Positions 35,263 to 48,711 of a stretch of DNA of 64,000 nt are shown here, one piece after another. Numbering within the stretch: the stretch's first letter is position 1; every line of letters starts with the position of its first letter. The stretch is from NCBI GenBank assembly GCA_000320545.1, contig ADNK01002519.1, positions 248,001-312,000 of the forward strand. The letters are read 5' to 3'. The notes below the pieces were generated by a model that did no database searches, was not told where the DNA came from, and saw only the letters and a program-made list of their open reading frames with translations. The DNA comes from Bigelowiella natans CCMP2755 (Eukaryota; Protista; Cercozoa). The position numbers and the translations under genes were made by a program.

Positions 35263-38200
35263 TACTAAAATACTACTACTACCAAATAGACCCACCCTCT
35301 TTCCTCACAGTCTCCTTCCTGTCATCAATCAGCCTAAATCCCATCCTCCATATCATCTTGAGCTCCTCGATGATCTGCTCAGCCTTAACGCCATGAAGCA
35401 ATGAAGCGGTAGCTGTAGCGGCAGACTGTCTAACCCTCCATTGCGACTTGCCCATGGCCCCGAGCAGTTCCTTCAGAATCGGCTTGAAATGACGGGCTTC
35501 TAAAGGACGCTGGCGGCCTGTCTTCCTGTCCACCATTAGGTTGTTCCAAAGCTCCTCCATCGACGCCCGAATCTTCGGGTCGGGATCATGCTTATATCGG
35601 AATAGCTTTGGAATGAGAAACTCCAGGCTGGGCCTGAGCCGCTCAGAGGCCTTTAGTATCGATCCGAGAGAAAACGCTGCTCCCGACTTAGAATTCCATA
35701 TTGAATGGTGTGCGGCGAGATCCATAAACTCGTAAACAAGGTCGGGCTGACCTATATCCGTCGCCATCGTGCAGAGCTCCGCATACGTTGCCATCTTCCC
35801 ACCGCCGCTTGAGGAAGAGGAGGAGGAGGATCCGACCCCCACTTTGATCTCTGTATCACCTGTGACTTTGCGTGTGCCTGCTTTGAAGACATGAGACAGC
35901 GCGTCGATGAGCTCTTCCTTGGTCTTATCGTCGCCAATCTCGTAAAGTACAGCAAGGCCTTTGCTTGCACACTCTTGTGTAAGTTGCCGGGACTCTGTAA
36001 GCGCGACAGAAAACGCCTTCTGGATGCGTTGGGCGCGGTCAAGAACGGCTTTTCCGTTTTTCTTACTAGTCTTCTCCTCTATCATACTGCTGCTGCCTTT
36101 GTCTCCTTTCTCCCCCCCCCCCTCCCCTCCTCCTCCTTCTCCTCCTCCATATTTAACTAGACAGAGCAGCCACGTGCATGCAGATGCGCGCTGGATCTGG
36201 CTCCCTTGATTGATGTGGCTTGAGAGGATTCGATCGAGGATATCACCCATCCCATCACCTGCCGGACCTCCAGCGACATCTACGAGCGCCTCCCCCACTG
36301 CGAAATGTAGTTCCTCGTGAGAGCTATTCTTGAGGCTGATGAGCCCATCAAAGCCTCTGCGTCTCCAAATCGGCCTGTTATCGCCCTTGACTATCTTCCC
36401 AATGGCTCTCACGGCCTCTTCTGGAACCCTGGCTTCACTCCGCCCCCCATTCTTCTTCACTGTACTAGCGCTCAGCCTTGCTAAGCGGCGGAATATAGCA
36501 CAACGATCTGCTGCCTCCGCGGATGTTATCTTCGCCTCGAAGCGAAGGCGTTTCTCTGTCCAGTATGCATCATCTTCCTTCTTCTCTTTCTTCTTCTCCT
36601 TTTCCTCATTCCCGCTGCTATCCTTCGTTGGCTTGGTTGCAGTAGCAGTAGTATCCTCCGTTTTGCCTCCTTGATCATCTTCTTCCTTCTCCCAACGTCC
36701 CTCGGGGAGGGGGAGGGGTCCTATAGACCCCATTCTCTGGAAGCCCTTGCAGCACTGCGAACCCACCATTGCGGAATGATGGCTGAGAAGAACGGCCATC
36801 GAGGCACACATCCGCTTCACCAACTCGATACCTGTGTTGCTACTGCTGCTGCTACTGCTCTCCATTTTGCCATCGTTCGTAGGTTTGTTGGCCGCTTGTG
36901 ACGACAGCAGCAGCTCTGATGCGACCACACATCCACCAAGCAACGCTCCAACGAGAGCCCCGGTATCAACAGAGAGGTCTTCCAGCTTGGAAGGGGGGTG
37001 GGAGCAGGGGAGAATGCTGCTCTGCATCAAGTCGATTTGTTGTGATATTTCAGAGGGCTACATATGCATGCAGCATAACGACGACGAGGACCGAGGAGGC
37101 AGGGGCAAGAGATAACAAGGCCAAATAGACCAAAATGAGAAGAAGTAATGAGATTATTGGGAGAAATCATATCAGCAAGGACGATGGAGGGGAGGAGGAG
37201 GAGGAGGAGGAGGAGGAGGAGGAGGCGCTAGAGAACAGCAACAGCTGTTGCAGTAATGATAAAACTTTTAGACAATTGGAAAAAAACGAAACCAACTACT
37301 ACTACACTAACAACAACAACAACTACTACCACTACCTCATTTTGGAGAGCCTTGAAGAAGAGGAGTAGAATACCCTCGGACGAAGCGACTAATTTGGGTG
37401 ATTTCTCCACGATTTCGCCCAGCACGGCATAGGCAGCGCCCATCAACTTGGTTGAGACCTGCACACGTTGCTCCGTTTTCTTCTCACTCTCGAGCGCCGC
37501 AGCTACATTCGCAGGAGCTGGCCTCTTCTTCGCTTTCGTCGCCTTCTGCTGTTTGTATAGCTGAACCAACGTCAGCATGAATTTGAAGTAATTACGACAA
37601 ATGAGACTCAATGAGCGGCCTGAAGGCATGTTCCTCAAACTCCAACGAAGATACTCAAGGCCTTCCAATCGAAGCTTCTCGTTGGACGAGGCGCCAGGAG
37701 ATAGCACTGCTTGAGCAACGAGCATGATGCTATCTGCTGCACGCATTGCTGCCACTTTTGACTGACACAGATACCGCAGCACCAACGCACGTAGCCTCAG
37801 GTGCACGCTTCGACGTCTCTTTGCCTTAGGAATTGCAGATGTCTTGCTGGCTGCTTGGGCGGTCGCCGTGTCACCTAGGAACATTCGTAGCAACACCGTC
37901 GTGACCCTGGCTTTCGAATCGTCGAGGGAGAAGAAGGAAGTTGCAGCGGAGGAGATACCTGTGTGGATGATGATGATGATGATGATGACGATGATGATGA
38001 AGACTAACTACTGATGCTGCTGCTGCTGCTGCTGCTTCTACTCTTACAAGTACAACTCCTTCCCCAATAATTCCTCCTCCTCCTACTACTACAACCTCTA
38101 CGACTACTATATTTCCAATGGTGCATTATTACCACCCATACGTCTTAGGTAGCTGTCAGCATCTCCTGGGAGTCTCGAATCGCTCCCACCACCACTGGCA

Positions 38201-39292
38201 CATGCAGACAAAATGATTGGAAGCGATTCTGATGCTGGAATTATGCCTGATATTGCAAGACTGAGAGCGCCACGTTTCAACGCTGCCAGACGAGACTTCA
38301 GCTCCGCCTCCTTTCCTACTGCAGTTGAGCTGCTGCTGCTGCTGTTCTCTAGGGTCAAGAACAACGGGCAGACTGGCATGGAGTTGATGAGGTATTTGAG
38401 TTGCTTGAAACCCTGTTGTTTATCAGCACCACCACCACCAGCAGCAGCATGCATCATCACCGTCAAACTAAGCATTCTGATGATGACATAATAAATCTAC
38501 TCGTACGATGTTCACGCAATTCTCCCCCCCCTCCTCCTCATTGTTATTACATATTGCTAGGTTATCATCGACACATTCACCGTCAGTAGTAATAGCGCAC
38601 GTATGATACCTCTGCGCTTAGGCCTGGGCAAGGCAAACCCTGAGATACACCGACGAAGTTGTCCGAATACAGCATCAGATTTAGAAGATGAGAGCTGAGA
38701 GCTTCCAAATCAGCACGATCTAACGCCAATTCACGAGGCAATTCTTTCGAATCATGGCCTTTCGACTCTGGTCCTGTTTTTCCAATACCTTCGTGCTGTG
38801 CTCCTTTTTCTCCTCCTTCTTCTCCTGGCGACCTTGGGGTTAAGAACGCAAGTGCTTGCGCGACGTTGTTCCCAGGGCTCCCTCCCCTCCAGTCAAATGC
38901 AGGAAGTGCTGTAGCAACAAGGTGCAGCACTTGCAACCTTAGATTTTCGCTTTTGATTTTAGAAACGCCTTTTAACAGTCGCGGCAAGAGCTGGGACCGA
39001 CGGTCAGAGTCGAGATCCTTCTTGGGAAAAGCCTTGGCTAGACATGTCAGGCACATGCTTTTTGTTACCCCGGATGATGCGGAGAGGTACACATCCATAA
39101 TGTTCTCCACTGGAAGGACGACAGATTCGTTTTGAGCCTCTTTTAGCCGAGTGAATATGTGCTGCAGGACCCCAACTACCTTCGATTGTATCTTCACGCT
39201 GGGCTTGTCTAACATCGGTAGCACCTTTGGCAAGACCCTCACTACTGCTGCTCCAAATTTTTCTGTCGGAGTTGTAGCGAACCGGAACATAA

Positions 39293-39331
<39 letters not shown>

Positions 39332-39659
39332 CAAAATTTACAAGTGCAAATCGTCAGGCAATCGTCAACAAGCAGCATTATTGGTTAATAACTAGAGATT
39401 GATGTATTTTGCAAAGAGGGAAGGCAATTTTATAATAGAAATCGATTTACTGAATAGAAATAAATGCAACGATCTCCCTCGATGGTGGGTTCGAATGAGC
39501 AACGAAAATAAAAAGTGAAAAGGAGCGACGCAGCAGAGCTGTCTTGCCATCCACCTCCCACTATATTTCTATCATTTTGTCCTTTTGATGAAGGGGGTGA
39601 GAAACCGTATCTAGGGCTTCGATCTGAGTTGTCTCCTCGCTAGAAAGAGAGGAAGTCAT
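32157..39659 (-). CDS. ECM29: Proteasome adapter/scaffold ECM29 (HEAT repeats), multi-exon
   Basis: TYAELCTMATDIGQPDLVYEFMDLAAHHSIWNSKSGAAF, LIPKLFRYKHDPDPKIRASM, QWRVRQSA, LSAMSTLEPQALSY, GLGLPTLTGCA. ATG 39659 gives MTSSLSSEETTQIEALDT | IMFRFA. Confidence 0.9.
32891..33000 (+). repeat. (TG)n microsatellite, representative of many intronic AT/AG/AC/GAT/TAG/GAG tracts across the window
   Basis: Directly visible; lies in an ECM29 intron. Confidence 0.95.
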
Positions 39660-40087
39660 CGTAGCAGCGCAGTGAATGCTTCCACCCCCGTCTCCTTCCT
39701 AACTTGGTTTGTGGTTCCACGAGCTTTCCGAGATTCCTTTGGGTTCCGAAGAGAACTCGATGGGTTCCGTAGAATTCCTTCTGGCAAAAAATATACGATG
39801 TCCTTAGGATAGATGATACGATTGTTTGTTTCAAAGCATTATCTTGGACTAATTTATCCTGCGACAATGATAAGAGTCTGTCGTATTGCTGAATTTGCAT
39901 ATGTTCTTGGATTCGTTGAATATGTTGGGAGTATTAAACGCTGATTGTTTCTTACCCGCCACCTTCCGTAACCAGCCCCTCCCCTGGGCCGATTTGAACG
40001 GGACAATCAGCTGATACAGGATCATTTCAGGACCACTACTGCATGGCTTATCATTGGACCGATTGAAGGTGGAAAAATCTCGGAGTA

Positions 40088-41960
40088 ATGCAGATTTACC
40101 TGGAAGAGATACCTGCGGACGCACCAGAGACCCAGACGTATAACAGCGACGATCGGCCTCCTGATGCAGCACCAGGCCCCCCTCTCGAGCAAAACCCAGA
40201 GGTCAAGGCGAAGACCCATAGAAAATGTGGTGTTGCAGCATTTCAGAAAGGCACCGTCGTCGAGATTGTGGGCTTGACGAAAGCCGTGCACTACAACGGG
40301 AAGATAGCGGTAGTGGCAACAACGAATAAGAATAAGAAGAACACACGTGAAGAAATAGAGTATCGTGTTGGAATGAAAGGGCTTGGGGAAGAGAATAATT
40401 CAACTGTATTGAAAACTAGTGCATTCTCTAGCATCTCGATGGCTCATTCGCAGCAGCTTGACATGCTTGTTGAGGAAATGATTTAGAATAAACTTCTGTA
40501 TATAACATTGTGTCTTGTATTCTGTTCCTAGACTATTGATAGCGCACAACCGACGCAAGATGGACGTTGGGCCGTCCTCATCAGCAGCGATAAGCGATTC
40601 AAACTCAAAGAAGAAAACCTCAAATTTGTCAAGAACCCACCCCCCGCTTCTAAACCTGTACAACGTGAGGCTGCCAAGAAGAAGGATGACAATGGCGCTC
40701 TGATGCTGCAGAAGATGCATTCGGTGAGGAAATAACAAGAAGGAGAATAAGAGAGAAGGCCATATTGGATAGGCAAAATAGTGACTTTTTCTTCTTTCGC
40801 TATCTGTTGTAGTATATGTGTTAATGTTATACTATGGTTTTTCTTCAACAAGAGGACAACAACAACAGCCTTTTCATGACGACGCCTCGATACTACCACC
40901 ACCTTCCTATTGCTGCTCCTCAATTTCCTCCAACAGGTGTATGCCTCCGGTATTTTCGGCGAGGATTCAAAGTCTCAAGCCGCGTACGGTGAGATACATC
41001 GTAGCAGAAGCCATTTACAAACATACGCTGCTGCCCCACAGCAATCAAAGCGGCACGAAAGAAGCACAAGAAGATCGCAAGGATAGCACGCACTAGTATA
41101 ATGAGTATTCTGAAAGAATCTCTCTTTCTGCTGCAAGTACTTGACATCGTCTTCTTCTACTTCTCCTCCTCTGCTATTGCTGTTGCTGCTACTGCTGTCA
41201 TGCTAGGCCTTGTGTTTGATTACCTTGATTCGGAGTGGAAACAACATCTGGACAGAGTGGGCTTTCGAAAACGCTTCGAGTGCGTGGAGCCTTGCTAGAG
41301 AAGAGAGAAAAAGACAGAGACCATCGCACATGCAAACAGTTTGCACTTGTTTATTGTGCGAGTACAGCCATGTGCATGCCTGTTCCTGTCTCTTTTTTTC
41401 TTTATTTCCAACACATAATCCGTCGTTGTTATTGTTGTTGTTATCAGTGAAATGGGAGAGGGATTGCGAGAGCTCTGGACGACTTTTATACGGCGTATGC
41501 ATAAGCTATCCAACAAGGGCCTCAAGAATGTATACGATGTTCTGAAGACACAAAAATCGAGGTGAGTAGCTGTGGCGGGGCATGTTACAACTGAATGATA
41601 GTCTGCGAGAATGAATATGTTTTCCTGTTTTGCCTTTCAATCTAACCTGCTGATTTCGCCACGAAACAGAGCTATAGTAGATGTCGTCGCAGATGTGTGA
41701 TTGGGCTATGTTTTCATCCCACAATCAACGTAAATAGCTTTTCCGGAGAGGGTCTGACAGGAATGGAGCTTTTTGCAAGAATGCAGACATGTAATAGTAG
41801 TTTCATCGATCGCACTATTGTTGTTTTTGAGCATTTCTGGCATTCCCACCCCCGTCCTCTATCGCTTGTTTCCCCTGAATGTCAAAGAGAGTTTGGACAA
41901 TGAGCAACCTGTTTCGAAAAGAAAATGAATTTTTTCTATTTTATAAATATAACGAATCAT

Positions 41961-41999
<39 letters not shown>

Positions 42000-42531
42000 C
42001 TATATTGTGCAATATCGAAACACCGGCTGTGCATTACTTTGATGCGAGCAGGCATGATTAGTAGCATGGAATCGATGGTAAAGGATCTCAATAGCCAGCT
42101 TCAATTAAACCTTAAGGGGGTAAGCAGAATGATAATACTCCAAAATGTATATTATTTATGTTTTATATCTGAGATTCTCAAAGAAGCACACCGACGATTA
42201 TCGACCGATATCATCATATATCAACGTAAACATTGGAATTGCAAGTATCGTCAAAGTCCTGTCTTAAGGCCGGATGGGCCTACCTCCATCATCTTTAAAT
42301 CAGCGTCCTTCTGGCAACAAACAAACACTATGAACTAAATCACAGATTTGGAAAGCTTACGTCGAGCTAGATCGGACTATATCGAAGAAGGGAAAGGAGG
42401 GCGGGGACGGACAGGAGCCAATAGTTGCATCAGGGTTGTTGCTAATTACCACTTCCTCGCATGTTTTCGATCATCTGAGGCATAATAAAACATTGGCTAT
42501 CTATGGCATCTACATATTCACGGGAGTGTGT

Positions 42532-42568
<37 letters not shown>

Positions 42569-42688
42569 GGGTTATTATTATTATCATTAGGGCGTTTCTG
42601 AGCCAGGACGCATGGCATTTGCTTTGCACCGACAACCTGATTGTGGAGGTTTGCTCGCTTGACGCACACGAGGCTATGATTGTGGAGC

Positions 42689-42724
<36 letters not shown>

Positions 42725-43636
42725 CATGTTTCTTGTAAGGAGATGATGATATGATGACCTTCCTCAGGCTGTAGTTAACGCTGTCAAGCCGCTAGAGGTG
42801 CCCTCCTCCTCCTCCTCCTCCTCCTCCTCCTCCTCTGCATTTATATTCTTCGACTTTTGCCATAAATTACGACAGTGACCGTGCTTTTATCATCACCTCT
42901 ATCAAATTTACTTTTCCATCCTTGCATCCCTTTCCCTCCATTAGATTGTCAACGATTCGAAAGAGCATCAAATGATCACTGCACAAATAAAGGTGTGATG
43001 ATTATTGTTTGGGTATCTAAAACCAATGGCCCTATCCCCCCCCCCCCCACCACAACTTTGCATGTCTCCTTCAATATTCTTCTTCCCATCTCGGTTGGTG
43101 CCTTTACATGACGTGGTATCATATCATCAGCTTGCACGACAGAATATTTTGGACTCCAAAGATGACATCATTCGACAGGTGATTTCCCCAATATTATTAT
43201 TGTTAAGTAGTGATTCATGCTATATTCAATCACAAATGACTCAAAGACTCGAAGTAACTTTCTACATGTGTATGCTATGCTACGAAAAGCACAAGGAGGA
43301 TATCGAATCGAAGCTTTTCGAAAAGAAGAAGTATCTTGCTGATTTACTGAGGTACATATTTATGGTAGTGAAGGTTGTGATGGTTAAAATGCTATTATGA
43401 TATATGAGTCGTTTCATCATCGGGAAATTAAATGATTTATATTCCTCGTCATTGAGTATTTAAATATGTCTCTTCTTGGCAGGGATATGGGCGTGGCCGC
43501 TGGGAGAGCGGACTGTGCGAACTATGTAAGTGGGAAGACGTTTTTAGAGAAGTACATGGTCGCACGTGCAAGCATTCGAAACGAGGGAGAAAGATTAGAA
43601 GAGCGCAAGTACGAGGGCGAGGCAGCACGTAAATAG
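40088..43636 (+). CDS. Uncharacterised multi-exon protein with an N-terminal SH3/KOW-like G-x-x-V-x-I-x-GL...NG motif
   Basis: Chain of open GT-AG-bounded exons from ORF 40088 (KGTVVEIVGLTKAVHYNGKIAVV) to ...ERKYEGEAARK-TAG at 43636. No family recognised. Confidence 0.55.
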
Positions 43637-44148
43637 AGCGCTAGCTTCTTATTACCCTAACTATAGTTTTTGTTACAACGAATCTCACATCGCACGGCAG
43701 ATAAAAAAAATATAGTGTATAACACGCCTTAACCAAGTATATTCAAACATGCACCATTGGCATCATCATCATCCTGTTCATCGCATGCATTAATTATATA
43801 TTATAAGTCGGCTGCAGATACCAGTGTTTATTGCGCATGAATCGGCAAAATGTGCAGTAGTGGCTGACGCATGTGACCTAGGCATAGCGGGTACGTGCGC
43901 TAGTCAATCACGCTGGCGGCGGCATGTCATCTAGATGCCCGCAGGTTGCTTGTATAAAGCTACTTGGTCGATGCGTCAATGGTGCTCTAACAACTTTAAC
44001 GCGAACAGTCCACGTGTTCTAATGTTGACTTTACGCGCTACACACACGAACAACGCAATAATATGCTCTTTTTACCGATTATGTACCCACGTGCACAAAT
44101 ACTAAGCGACTCTCGCGAAGCTGTGTATGTACGTATTATTTATTTTAT

Positions 44149-44971
44149 CTATTTCAGTCGATCCGTTAACCAAGCCATCCCGTCAATAATTCCCTCTCCT
44201 GTTAATGCATTTGTTGCCATTATTTGGTACGGCCGTTCCTTCATTGTTTTGGCATCCAGCTTTAATAAAGATCTTAGCTCTGAGTTTTTCACACATAGAT
44301 AGCAATTATCGGTATTCGTACTCCGCCTTACATTGATAGAAATATGATTTCATACCAGAAGGCGTTCTGGCTTCCTTTACATCTTTCTTATTGGCGAGGA
44401 AAAGAATCGGGCAGTTATTTTTGCCTGATGAATCATATTTTAAAAGGGTCTTGCAAATTACTGGTGGAAAATATTTTATTACCCATTTCTTCATGGCTCA
44501 GCATTTGCCTGATTTCCTCCTTTACAGAGGTTAAACGTTTTCTATCTCCACTATCAATGACAAACACAATTCCGTTGCATTCTTCGTAGTAGTGTTCCCA
44601 CAGATTTCTGTAAGCTCCAGATCCCGACATATCGAATATTTTGCACTGAGAAACAGCAGCAGTAACAGCAGTAGCAGCATCAATATATTTAGCCAATTCA
44701 TCGCACAACATGATAATGGTCAACAAACCTTTACATTTTTGAGCGCTTCTAATCTAAATTTCTCGATTGAGAATCCAACCGTAGGCAGGACCTCTTCGAC
44801 CTTGTTGGGCTGCGACAGACACGCGGAGGAGGACGACGTGTGTTAGAGCAATCCGGTACGAAAATCGATAGGAACATTACTGACCTTCAGAAAGTTTACG
44901 ACGGTTGATTTGCCACTATTGTCTAGCCCAATAACCAAGCACTTGAGTTTTTTTGAGGAGCCTAAGCCCAT
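44149..44971 (-). CDS. ARL6: ARF-like GTPase 6 (BBS3)-like
   Basis: MGLG myristoylation start, GLDNSGKST, PTVGFSIEKF, FDMSGSGAYRNLWEHYY, PILFLANKKD, NALTGEG. Confidence 0.88.
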
Positions 44972-46851
44972 TTTCTCGGCCGAGAGAAGGATTAACTGCT
45001 CAAGCCTCTCTTTTCTCCAATCCCAACTGCCAGGTTAAAAATATGACTCACAAAGCTGGGAGATGACAGTAAGAGACCGGCCACTGGTGCAGGCTATACG
45101 AGCACGAGACGCAAGAAACAGAAGGAGAGCTGTCTCTAAGGCGTATAAGAAGATCAGGCTGTTTTGGGGGGTGGAAGACAGTTTCTGAGTTGCCTCCCCA
45201 TATTGAAAAACACACTGAATTTTATATTCTGCGACAACATCATCCAGTTGTATCCCCGGAAAAAAGCATGTTGTTTCGAGTTGTGTTGCCGGAACTCACA
45301 AAACGCCTACGTTGTCATCGAAGTTGGTAAACTTCCTGCGGAAAATTCTAAAAATGTCGGAAGCACATTCAGGCAACGCATGTACGAGATTGTAGTCGGA
45401 AAAGTGAACAAAGAGTCATATTTTTCACCGATGCGACAAGCGCAATTCTATGTCGCAGTATTTTTGTTGAAACTGTATCGAGTTTTTGCTGGAGCACTTG
45501 CGCACCCCTTCGAAAGGCGACGCTGTCCGAAAATACCATCTGGAGATTTTGCTTAAATTCTTATCGTTTACCAGTATTCCCAATTGTAAGGGTAAGCTAA
45601 AGAAAGCAAGAAAGGTTGAATGGAACGAGGGATTTGCTACTTACAAAAGAAATATATTTTAGTCTCGTACATGAAGGCAGCTGCAAGGTTCTAACTCCCG
45701 AAAATCACTGAATGACTTAGATCGCATGCACCTAAGGATATAAGAATTGCCCCAAGAGTCATTCCATCCTCTACATGGAGTACAGATATGAGGTAGAAAT
45801 TCAAAACCATCCGAAGACCATGTCAACGCCAAACACAGTAAATGAACTACCATGATTTTTGCCAAATCTCCTTCTCTACTTGCAAGTAAAGCAAACTTTT
45901 ATTTGACATGTGAAAGCAGAAATTTTCAATTACAATCTAAATTGTTGTATTTAATTTGTGAAAGGCGATCGTTTGCAAATTTGTTGATTTGTTACTGATA
46001 AAAAATGGCATTGAAACAGCATTCTAGCATTGTGTCATGTACTTTTTATTTCTCAAGCAGGTAATTCATGTTGTTCGTGTCAAGAATGCATGCCAAAATG
46101 TCAGTGTGTGATGCACAAATGGTGTGTGCGTCGCACCGTAGCACCTAGATCATCTAGACTCGTCTAAATGTGAAGGTGCGCAAATCTAGCTAGCTAGGCA
46201 CGTGATTGCATGCTAGCATGTTTGATCGTTTAGGTTCTTAACACGTGCACATGTGTGAATGTTTCTCCGTGCAAAGGACACAGCTTGCATCATGAAAGGT
46301 CTGCGCGACCTACTCTGGTACTAGTTGTCATGTGTATCTAGATGCATCACATCACGTGCCAATATCGCTACTCGGCTTAGTCGAGTAATCATATATTTAG
46401 TCATGCAGACAAACGCCACAGGCCAAGTTGGATGCGTGAAGCTAGAAAGATCTAGAGATGAGCGCACATGAAGCGGGGCTCTGGAGAGAGATGTGGGCAA
46501 GAAATGTTTGCAAGCAATTGTGGCCATCGCTGCTGAACGGTGTCGCATGTCTTTTGCAAGCCGCATTATCATCAGATTTGGTCTCATCAATGGCATGTAA
46601 TTTTTGCCGTACCCGTTTGCATGGCCCACACAGCAAAGATGCACAGCACTGGAATGATGTTCAATGCAATGGTCCTGTAGGTTTTACATTTTCAAGTGCA
46701 TGATTTCAACATGCGTAAGAGGAGCGTTATTCGTCTCTCATAGTAAGAAATGGTTCGTTCAGTCTAGCGAAATTTGTTTAAAATGGATCTTTCAACTAAA
46801 AGTCTTTTGAAATATCCGTTGTCACATCTAATGGAGAATGCGCATGAAATA

Positions 46852-48066
46852 TCACTTAGAATGTTGGCGATTATCAGCAATCAGAATTGAGCCTGAGGAC
46901 CACTCTTTTGGATGTTTGTTCTTAAAATGACGTAGAAGTCTATCTTTCCGAGGATATCCCTTCTCACAGAGGGTGCATTTGAATCTCCAATTACCAGTAT
47001 GTCTCTGCGTGTGCGTGTTAAGATTAGACTGATGATTAAAAAGCTTCCCACAATATCCGCACTCGAAACGCTTGCTTCTCTTCAAACTGATATCCTTAGT
47101 TGCATGCGGATCTAAATGCCTTCGCCAAGAGGATTTGTCAGTATCAGTATGTTTAATATTGTTGGGAGGAACCAAAAAGCCATCTTCATCAGAAAAATTG
47201 ATCTTTCTTTTCCGCGATCTGGCGGAAAATCTCGTTGGGATTTCACGACCGAAGTCGTAACTGCGTGATTTTGTCTCCTGGATTGAAGATGATCGGAATA
47301 AGTTATCCGGGCATCGATTCACTAGCAGTGCTTCTGCACCGCATAGTTTATCTTCAAATATAATTTCTTCCCGAAGAGAATTATCAACTCGCCAGCGAGA
47401 GGATGCAGCTCTTGAATATTTGTACATAGGTGGCGGGGAATAGTCGTAAGATGCTGCTCCTCCTCCTCCTCCTTCCCTGCCATCATAGTACAAAGGCATA
47501 AATTTCTTGCTAGGATGAAGCAGGTGAAGTTTATCTTCCTCTGGTTCACGGGTACCTATGTTTCCATGGTCGATTTGGGGAGGAAAGAAATCAGAAGGAG
47601 GTTTAGACGGAAAGCTTTTGGGTGTCTTCATCTCAGACTTGGAAGGCAGTTGTCCGTATTGTTTCCGTTGACGGAATTTACTGTAGAAGGAAGGCGAATT
47701 CGATTTCTGGTGTGGATCCAGGAGCGGATAGTATGAAATATGCTGGAACGGCGAACATAGATTCTGAACGAGGATTTCCTCTTTCGTAAGGCTCAGCGGG
47801 CTTGATGATGGTATTGAGTGCTGATCAGTGTTGCACATTGCCTGGCTTCTTAACGCATTGACATGATTTTCTTTGGCTAAATTTAACATCGAATAATGTA
47901 CGCTTCTCTCTTGATCGTAGGAATATTGATGTGTGGACTGGTTTTCCTCGTAACCACGCCCCCGCTGGTGCATAGGAAGTGGACGTAAATGTTCAGACAG
48001 CATTTCGAACATGGTAGGGTCCAGAATCTGTTTGAGTTTTCCAGTTGGGAATGTAACGACCTCCAT
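46852..48066 (-). CDS. C2H2 zinc-finger protein (two C-terminal fingers), intronless
   Basis: 404-aa ORF with FECGYCGKLFNHQSNLNTHTQRHTG and FKCTLCEKGYPRKDRLLRHFKNKH. Confidence 0.88.
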   Translation of the reverse strand: MEVVTFPTGKLKQILDPTMFEMLSEHLRPLPMHQRGRGYEENQSTHQYSYDQERSVHYSMLNLAKENHVNALRSQAMCNTDQHSIPSSSPLSLTKEEILVQNLCSPFQHISYYPLLDPHQKSNSPSFYSKFRQRKQYGQLPSKSEMKTPKSFPSKPPSDFFPPQIDHGNIGTREPEEDKLHLLHPSKKFMPLYYDGREGGGGGAASYDYSPPPMYKYSRAASSRWRVDNSLREEIIFEDKLCGAEALLVNRCPDNLFRSSSIQETKSRSYDFGREIPTRFSARSRKRKINFSDEDGFLVPPNNIKHTDTDKSSWRRHLDPHATKDISLKRSKRFECGYCGKLFNHQSNLNTHTQRHTGNWRFKCTLCEKGYPRKDRLLRHFKNKHPKEWSSGSILIADNRQHSK

Positions 48067-48711
48067 TTTGTCATGCTATCAAACTACGGTATAAGTCGTC
48101 TCTTTTAAATGCTCTACATGCCCAGCGGATGCAAGCAGGAGCTCGGGTGTTGGTGCGTCCTGTGCGTTGGTAACATGCGCGCGTGATTGGTACTTTGCCG
48201 CTTTATTATGTAAAGGAATATATTGTTCTACGCAGTGAGGTTGCTCAACGTATTGCGCAGAATTGCACCCTACAGTCATGCAAACCCTTCCTTTCAGAGA
48301 ACACTGCATTGCTGCCAAGCCATCGAGCAAGCTCGGGATACGCACTCGTTCTGTGAGGATGTGGGTTATGAGGCATCTTCGGTCTGTGTTTCGACCCTGC
48401 GACATGAAAATTGGGTAGTTTTAAATGGCGTTTGGCCATAAATCTGCTGCTACGAGTGCTGCTTCCTCTCCTACGCAACTCGTTGTTCGTATACAGACAT
48501 CTGCTGTCCAACATTCGACAAATATTTTATTTTTTCACCGCATGTCCAAACGACAGTATATAGAGGAAATGGCCTTCTTTTATACCAACGCGACATAAGC
48601 GATATTTTGCATGTTGTCGCAATGAGAAAAGCTCCTCCTTTACCACTGCGAAAGGTGCTTCAAACGACAGCCGACAGACGACAGACGGCAGATACCGGAA
48701 CCAGAACGACG

